From the human T2T-CHM13v2.0 reference genome, Homo sapiens: a DNA stretch of 64,000 nucleotides. The position numbers were made by a program, and so were the translations under genes. The notes beneath the pieces are model-generated. The model saw nothing but the letters and a program-made list of their open reading frames with translations, searched no databases and was not told where the DNA came from. The stretch lies in NCBI RefSeq assembly GCF_009914755.1, contig NC_060948.1; one strand, written 5' to 3'. Shown piece by piece: positions 55,901 through 64,000 of this stretch. Numbering within the stretch: the first letter of the stretch is position 1; every line of letters begins with the position of its first letter.

Positions 55901-58900
55901 AATTGACTCCAATGGAATGGAATCGAATGGAATGGAAGTGAATAGAATGGAACTAAATCGAATGGAATGGAATTGATAGGAACGGAATGGAAAGGAATGG
56001 AATGATTTGGCATGGAATGGAATCGAATGGCATCGAATGGAATGGAATGGAATGCAATGGAATGGAATGTATTAGAATGTAATGAACTTTAATGGGATGT
56101 ACTCGAATGGATTCGACTGGAATGGAATGTTCTGGAAGTGAATGGACTCCAATGGAATGGATTCGAAAGGAATGGAATCGAACGGAATGGAATCTAATGG
56201 AATGGATTTAAATGGAAAGGAATCAAGTGGAATAGCACGGAATTGAATTGAATGGAATCGAATGCAGTGGAATCTAATGAAACGGAAAGGAATGGAATGG
56301 AATGGCCTGGAATGGAATGGGCTGGAATGGAATGGAATCGAAACGAATGGAATGGAATCGAACTGCAGATACTGCAATGGAATGTACTGGAATGCAACGG
56401 AGTGTAATGGAAGGTTCTCGAAAAGAATGGAATCGAATGGAATGGAATTGAATGGAACGGAATAGAGTCGAATGGAATTGAATGGAATGGAATTGACTAG
56501 AGTGAAATGTAATCGAATCACAAGGAATGGACAGGAATAGAATGGTCTCGAATTGAATGGAATCGTATGGAATGGCATCAAACGGAATGGAATGGACAGC
56601 CACGTAATGGAAAGCACTCGAATGCAATGGAGTCGAAACTAATGGACTGGAATAGAATGGACTCGACTGGTACGGACTCCAATGGAATGGAATGGAATGG
56701 AAGGGAATCGAACAGAATGGACTCAAAGTGAAAAGACTGCAACGGAAAGGTGTCGAATGGAATGGAAATTAATGGAATGGAATGGAATCGAATGAAATGG
56801 AGTCAAAAGGAATGGAATCGAATGGCAAGGAATCGAATGTAATGGAATCGCAAGGAATGGATGTGAACGGAACGGAATGGAATGGAATCAAAAGGAATGG
56901 AATAGAATGGAATGGAATCGAATGGAAAGGACTCGAATGGAAATCACTTGAATAGAATGAAATTTAATAAAATAGGATCAAATGTAATGGAATGGAATGG
57001 AAAGGAATCGAAACGAAAGGAATGGAGACAGATGGAATGGAATGGAACAGAGAGCAATGGTATAGAATGGAATGGAAGCATCTGGAATGGAATTGAATGG
57101 AATGGAATAATATGATATGGAATGGAATGGAATGGAATGCCCTTGAATTAAATGGACTGGAATGGAATGGACTCGAACAGAGTGGAATGGAAAGTGTTGA
57201 AATAGAATGGAATGGACTCCTTTGGAATGGTCTAGTATGCAATGCAATCGACTGGCAGGGAATCAAAAGGAATGTAATCGAATGGATTGGAGTGGAATGC
57301 AATGGACTCGAATAGATAGGAAACGGAATGCAAAGGAATGGAATGGAATAGTATGGAATGGAATGGAAAGGAATGGAGTGGAATAGACTAGAGTGGAATG
57401 GAATGGACTCGAAAGCAATGGACTGGAATGGAACTTTCTTGAATGGACTGGAATCAAAGGGAATGGAGTCCAATACAATCAAAAGGCATGGAATAAAATA
57501 GAATGAAAGAGAATCAAATGGAATTGAATCGAATGGAATCGAATGGATTGGAAAGGAATAGAATGGAATGGAATGGAACTGACTCAAATGGAATGGACTA
57601 GAATGGAATGGAGTCGAATGGAAGGCAAAGGAATAGAATCTATTGGAATGGACTGTAATGCAATGGAATGGAAGGGATTGGAATGGACTCGAATGGAATG
57701 GACTGCAATAGAAAGGATTCGAATGGAATGAAAAAGAATTGAATGGAATAGAACAGAATGGAATCAAATGGAATGTAACGGAATGAAATTGAAAGGAATG
57801 GAATGAAATGGAATGGAAAAGATTCGAATGGAATGCAATCGAAGGGAATGCAATCGAATGGAATGGAATCGAACGGAATGGAATAAAATGGAAGAAAACT
57901 GGCAAGAAATGGAATCGAAATGAATGGAGTGTTATGGAACGGACTCAAAAGGAATTGAATGTAATAGAATGGAGTGGAGTGGACTCGAATATAATGGACT
58001 GGAATGGAATGGAATCACATGGAATGGGAACGAATGGAATGGAATGGAAAGGAATGGAATCGAATGGAAAGGAATCGAATGGAAGGGAAGGAAATTGAAT
58101 CAACAGGAATGGAAGGGAATAGAATAGACTGTAATGGAATGGACTCGAATAGAATGGACACGAATGCTCAAATTGAATGGACTCGTATAGAATGGAAACG
58201 AAAGGAATGTCATCGAATGGAATTGAATCGATTGGAATGAAATCGCATAGAATGGAGTGGAATCTAATGGAATTGAATCGAAAGTAAAGGAAGCGAATGG
58301 ACTGAAATGAAATGGAATGGAATTGAATGGAAAGTAATGCAATGGAATGGAATGGAACGAAATTTCACGGAATGGAATCAAACAGAATGGAATCAAATCA
58401 ATGGAATATAATCAAATGGAATGGATAGGAATTGAATGGAATAGATTGGATTGGAAGGGACTGCAATGCAATGGAATGGGAAGGACTCGAATTTCATGAA
58501 ACGGAATGGAATGGACTCGAATGGAATGGAATGTCATGGAATGGCATCAAATGGAATGGCATCAAATGGAATGGAATCGAATGCAATGGAATGTTATGGA
58601 ATGGAATGGGATGCATTGGAATGAAATGTCCTCTAATGGAATGGATTCGAGTGGAATGGAATCGAATATAATGGAGTCGAATGAAATGGAATTGAAAGGA
58701 ATGGGATCGAATAGAATGGAATATACTGGAATGTAATGTAATGAAGTCGAATGTAATTGACTGGAATGGAATGTACGTGAATGGAATGTAATCGAATGGA
58801 CAGTAATCCAATGGATTAGAATCTAATGCAATAAAATCGACTCGAATGGAATAGAATGTAATGGAATGGAATGCAGTGCAGTGGAACGGAATGGAATGGA

Positions 58901-59690
58901 ATGCAATGGAGTGGAATGGAATGGAATGGAATGGAATGGAATGGAATGGAATAGTGTGGAATGGATAGTAATGGACTGGAGTGAAATGGACTGGAAAGGA
59001 ATGGACTCAAATTGAAAGGGCTCGAAAGGAATGGAGTCAAATGGAATGATCTGAAATGGAATGAACTCGAATGTAATACAATCCAATAGAATGGAAACAA
59101 ATGGAATGGAATTGAATGGAATGGAATTGAATGGAATGGGAACGAATGGAGTGAAATTGTATGGAATAGAAGAGAATAGAATGGAATGCTAGGGAAAGGA
59201 AAGGAATGGATTGGAATGGAATGGAATTCATTGGAATGGAAGGGAATGTAGTGTAATGGACAGGCCTGGAATAAACTGGAATGCTACGGTCTCGAATGGA
59301 ATAAAAATGTATGGAATGGAATGCAATGAAACGGAATCGAATGTCATAGAATGTAATGGAATGCAAAAAAATGGACTCCAAAATCATTGACTGGAAAGGC
59401 TGGGTGTCGAAAGGAATTGACTCCAATGGAATGGAATCGAATGGAATGGAAGTGAATAGAATCGAACTAAATCGAATGGAATGGAATTGATAGGACCGGA
59501 ATGGAAAGGAATGGAATGATTTGGCATGGAATGGAATCGAATGGCATCGAATGGAATGGAATGGAATGCAATGGAATGGAATGTATTAGAATGTAATGAA
59601 CTTTAATGGGATGTACTCGAATGGATTCGACTGCAATGGAATGTTCTGGAAGTGAATGGACTCCAATGGAATGGATTCGAAAGGAATGGA

Positions 59691-60032
59691 ATCGAACGGA
59701 ATGGAATCTAATGGAATGGAATTAAATGGAAAGGAATCAAATGGAATAGCACGGAATTGAATTGAATGGAATCGAATGCAATGGAATCTAATGAAACGGA
59801 AAGGAATGGAATGGAATGGGCTGGAATGGAATGGGCTGGAATGGAATGAAATCGAAACGAATGGAATGGAATCGAACGGAATGGAATCTAATGGAATGGA
59901 ATTAAATGGAAAGGAATCAAATGGAATAGCACGGAATTGAATTGAATGGAATCGAATGCAATGGAATCTAATGAAACGGAAAGGAAAGGAATGGAATGGA
60001 ATGGAATCGAAACGAATGGAATGGAATCGAAC
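59691..60032 (+). repeat. Internal tandem duplication in U18 (copy 1 ~180 bp, copy 2 ~160 bp)
   Basis: ATCGAACGGAATGGAATCTAATGG...ATAGCACGG...ATGAAACGGAAAGG occurs at 59691 and again at 59871. This accounts for the 3659-bp unit length. Confidence 0.9.
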
Positions 60033-63000
60033 TGCAGAGACTGCAATGGAATGTACTGGAATGCAAGGGAGTGTAATGGAAGGTTCTCGAAAAGAATGGA
60101 ATCGAATGGAATGGAATTGAATGGAACAGAATAGAGTCGAATGGAATTGAATGGAATGGAATGGACTAGAGTGAAATGGAATCGAGTCACAAGGAATGGA
60201 CAGGAATAGAATGGTCTCGAATTGAATGGAATCGTATGGAATGGCATCAAACGGAATGGAATGGACAGCCACGGAATGGAATGCACTCGAATGCAATGGA
60301 GTCGAAACTAATGGACTGGAATAGAATGGACTCGACTGGTACGGACTCCAATGGAATGGAATGGAATGGAAGGGAATCGAACGGAATGGACTCGAAGTGA
60401 AAAGACTGCAACGGAAAGGTTTCGAATGGAATGGAAATTAATGGAATGGAATGGAATCGAATGAAATGGAGTCAAACGGAATGGAATCGAATGACAAGGA
60501 ATCGAATGTAATGGAATCGCAAGGAATGGATGTGAACGGAACGGAATGGAATGGAATCAAAAGGAATGGAATAGAATGGAATGGAATCGAATGGAAAGGA
60601 CTCGAATGGAAATCACTTGAATAGAATGCAATTTAATAAAATAGGATCAAATGTAATGGAATGGAATGGAAAGGAATCGAAACGAAAGGAATGGAGACAG
60701 ATGGAATGGAATGGAACAGAGAGCAATGGTATAGAATGGAATGGAATCATCTGGAATGGAATTGAATGGAATGGAATAATATGATATGGAATGGAATGGA
60801 ATGGAATGCCCTCGAATTAAATGGACTGGAATGAAATGGACTCAAAAAGAGTGGAATGGAAAGTGTTGAAATAGAATGGAATGGACTCCTTTGGAATGGT
60901 CTAGTATGCAATGCAATCGACTGGCAGGGAATCAAAAGGAATGTAATCGAATGTATTGGACTGGAATGCAATGAACTCGAATAGATAGGAAACGGAATGC
61001 AAAGGAATGGAATGGAATAGTATGGAATGGAAAGGAAAGGAATGGAGTGGAATAGACTAGAGTGGAATGGAATGGACTCGAAAGCAATGGACTGGAATGG
61101 AACTTTCTTGAATGGACTGGAATCAAACGGAATGGAATGCAATGCAATCAAATGGCATGGAATAAAATAGAATGAAAGAGAATCAAATGGGATTGAATCG
61201 AATGGAATCGAATGGATTGGAAAGGAATAGAATGGAATGGAATGGAACTGACTCAAATGGAATTGTCTAGAATGGAATGGAGTCAAATGGAAGGCAAAGG
61301 AATAGAATCTACTGGAATGGACTGTAATGGAATGGAATGGAAAGGATTGGAATGGACTCGAATGGAATGGACTGCAATAGAAAGGATTCGAATGGAATGA
61401 AAAAGAATTGAATGGAATAGAACAGAATGGAATCAAATCGAATGTAACGGAATAGAATTGAAAGGAATGGAATGAAATGGAATGGAAAGGATTCGAATGG
61501 AATGCAATCGAAGGGAATGCAATCGAATGGAATGGAATCGAACGGAATGGAATAAAATGGAAGAAAACTGGCAAGAAATGGAATCGAAATGAATGGAGTG
61601 TTATGGAACGGACTCAAAAGGAATTGAATGTAATAGAATGGAGTGGAGTGGACTCGAATATAATGGACTGGAATGGAATGGAATCACATGGAATGGGAAT
61701 GAATGGAATGGAATGGAAAGGAATGGAATCGAATGGAAAGGAATCGAATGGAAGGGAAGGAAATTGAATCAACAGGAATGGAAGGGAATAGAATAGACTG
61801 TAATGGAATGGACTCGAATAGAATGGACACGAATGCTCAAATTGAATGGACTCGTATAGAATGGAAACGAAAGGAATGTCATCGAATGGAATTGAATCGA
61901 TTGGAATGAAATCGCATAGAATGGAGTGGAATCTAATGGAATTGAATCGAAAGTAAAGGAAGCGAATGGACTGAAATGAAATGGAATGGAATTGAATGGA
62001 AAGTAATGCAATCGAATGGAATGGAACGAAATTTCACGGAATGGAATCAAACAGAATGGAATCAAATCAATGGAATATAATCAAATGGAATGGATAGGAA
62101 TTGAATGGAATAGATTGGATTGGAAGGGATTGGAATGCAATGGAATGGGAAGGACTCGAATTTCATGAAACGGAATGGAATGGACTCGAATGGAATGGAA
62201 TGTCATGGAATGGCATCAAATGGAATGGCATCAAATGGAATGGAATCGAATGCAATGGAATGTTATGGAATGGAATGGGATGCATTGGAATGAAATGTCC
62301 TCTAATGGAATGGATTCGAGTGGAATTGAATCGAATATAATGGAGACGAATGAAATGGAATTGAAAGGAATGGGATCGAATAGAATGGAATATACTGGAA
62401 TGTAATGTAATGAATTTGAATGTAATTGACTGGAATGGAATGTACGTGAATGGAATGTAATCGAATGGAAAGTAATCCAATGGAATAGAATCTAATGCAA
62501 TAAAATCGACTCGAATGGAATAGAATGGAATGGAATGGAATGCAGTGCAGTGGAACGGAATGGAATGGAATGCAATGGAGTGGAATGGAATGGAATGGAA
62601 TGGGATGGAATGGTTTGGAATGGATAGTAATGGACTGGAGTGAAATGGACTGGAAAGGAATGGACTCAAATTGAAAGGGCTCGAAAGGAATGGAGTCAAA
62701 TGGAATGATCTGAAATGGAATGAACTCGAATGTAATACAATCCAATAGAATGGAAACAAATGGAATGGCATTGAATGGAATGGAATTGAATGGAATGGGA
62801 ACGAATGGAGTGAAATTGTATGGAATAGAAGAGAATAGAATGGAATGCAAGGGAAAGGAAAGGAAAGGATTGGAATGGAATGGAATTCATTGGAATGGAA
62901 GGGAATGTAGTGTAATGGACAGGCCTGGAATAAACTGGAATGCTACGGTCTGGAATGGAATAAAAATGTATCAAATGGAATGCAATGAAACGGAATTGAA

Positions 63001-64000
63001 TATCATAGAATGTAATGGAATGCAAAAAAATGGACTCCAAAATCATTGACTGGAAAGGCTGGGTGTCGAAAGGAATTGACTCCAATGGAATGGAATCGAA
63101 TGGAATGGAAGTGAATAGAATTGAACTAAATCGAATGGAATGGAATTGATAGGAACGGAATGGAAAGGAATGGAATGATTTGGCATGGAATGGAATCGAA
63201 TGGCATCGAATGGAATGGAATGGAATGCAATGGAATGGAATGTATTAGAATGTAATGAACTTTAATGGGATGTACTCGAATGGATTCGACTGGAATGGAA
63301 TGTTCTGGAAGTGAATGGACTCCAATGGAATGGATTCGAAAGGAATGGAATCGAACGGAATGGAATCTAATGGAATGGAATTAAATGGAAAGGAATCAAA
63401 TGGAATAGCACGGAATTTAATTGAATGGAATCGAATGCAATGGAATCTAATGAAACAGAAAGGAAAGGAATGGAATGGAATGGAATCGAAACGAATGGAA
63501 TGGAATCGAACTGCAGAGACTGCCATGGAATGTACTGGAATGCAAGGGAGTGTAATGGAAGGTTCTCGAAAAGAATGGAATCGAATGGAATGGAATTGAA
63601 TGGAACGGAATAGAGTCGAATGGAATTGAATGGAATGGAATGGACTAGAGTGAAATGGAATCGAGTCTCAAGGAATGGACAGGAATAAAATGGTCTCGAA
63701 TTGAATGGAATCGTATGGAATGGCATCAAACGGAATGGAATGGACAGCCACGGAATGGAATGCACTCGAATGCAATGGAGTCGAAACTAATGGACTGGAA
63801 TAGAATGGACTCGACTGGTACGGACTCCAATGGAATGGAATGGAATGGAAGGGAATCGAACGGAATGGACTCGAAGTGAAAAGACTGCAACGGAAAGGTT
63901 TCGAATGGAATGGAAATTAATGGAATGGAATGGAATCGAATGAAATGGAGTCAAAAGGAATGGAATCAAATGGCAAGGAATCGAATGTAATGGAATCGCA

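Larger units (their letters stand above)
1..64000 (+). repeat. DYZ1: Human satellite III (GGAAT)n array; DYZ1 ~3.5 kb higher-order repeat, most likely Yq12 heterochromatin
   Basis: Degenerate GGAAT pentamers throughout, with landmark motifs recurring every ~3.5 kb (TATTAGAATGTA, GGACAGCCACGG, CCAAAATCATTGACTGGAAAGGCTGGGTGTCG). The reverse complement from the HaeIII site at 45247 reads CCTGTCCATTACACTACATTCCCTTCCATTCCAATGAATTCC, which I recognise from memory as the start of the classical DYZ1 HaeIII unit. No database search was run. Confidence 0.93.
45566..64000 (+). repeat. Type C units U14-U19 (3503, 3507, 3494, 3514, 3659 bp, then a partial unit), mutually diverged
   Basis: Anchors at 45566, 49069, 52576, 56070, 59584, 63243. 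Shared alleles: GGGATGTACTC, CTGCAGA, GGAACTTTCTTGAAT, GACAGGCCTGG. Many unit-private SNVs and pentamer-length indels. Confidence 0.88.

Noticed and set aside
136-63969. Hundreds of ORFs of 60-313 aa on both strands (for example 1206-2051 and 56964-57905)
   Set aside because: A pure pentamer has no stop codon and translates as MEWNG or FHSIP repeats in every frame. ORF ends shift with random SNVs and indels between units, and there is no domain or coding signal.
1-64000. CRISPR-like repeat/spacer array or other prokaryotic system
   Set aside because: There are no unique spacers and no cas or other genes; all sequence is degenerate GGAAT.
1-64000. DYZ2 (HSat1B), Alu, L1 or alpha-satellite insertion, or an inversion
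   Set aside because: No non-pentamer tract longer than a few tens of bp, no poly-A tail or target-site duplication, and no strand switch were seen.
1-64000. HSat2 or an autosomal HSat3 (such as 9q12) assignment
   Set aside because: The ~3.5 kb period and the HaeIII/EcoRI landmark match DYZ1, and the short HSat2-type periodicity is not evident. A search would be needed to exclude Y-derived copies located elsewhere.
1-64000. A specific DYZ1-derived non-coding RNA gene
   Set aside because: Yq12 satellite transcripts have been reported, but no start site, splice site or boundary can be assigned from this sequence alone.

Overview
The whole 64 kb is one uninterrupted, single-orientation array of human satellite III, (GGAAT)n on + and (CATTC)n on -. 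It is organised as about 18.2 tandem copies of a ~3.5 kb higher-order unit that matches DYZ1 of human Yq12 heterochromatin. I see no genes, RNA genes, transposons, CRISPR arrays or DYZ2/Alu interruptions; every listed ORF is a reading of the pentamer (MEWNG / FHSIP). With TATTAGAATGTA as anchor, units start at 13, 3567, 7121, 10616, 14111, 17606, 21101, 24596, 28091, 31586, 35081, 38576, 42130, 45566, 49069, 52576, 56070, 59584 and 63243 (U1-U19). They fall into type A (3554 bp: U1, U2, U12), type B (nine near-identical 3495 bp copies, U3-U11), a chimeric U13 (3436 bp) and a heterogeneous type C block (U14-U19, 3494-3659 bp). I found no convincing new gene system. The best lead is a set of perfect three-pentamer heat-shock elements (nGAAnnTTCnnGAAn) at fixed positions in each unit, whose number depends on the subfamily (1 in U1/U2, 2 in U3-U13, 3 in complete C units). 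The remaining findings are readable traces of unequal crossover, gene conversion and microhomology indels. All comparisons were made by eye, not by computed alignment.
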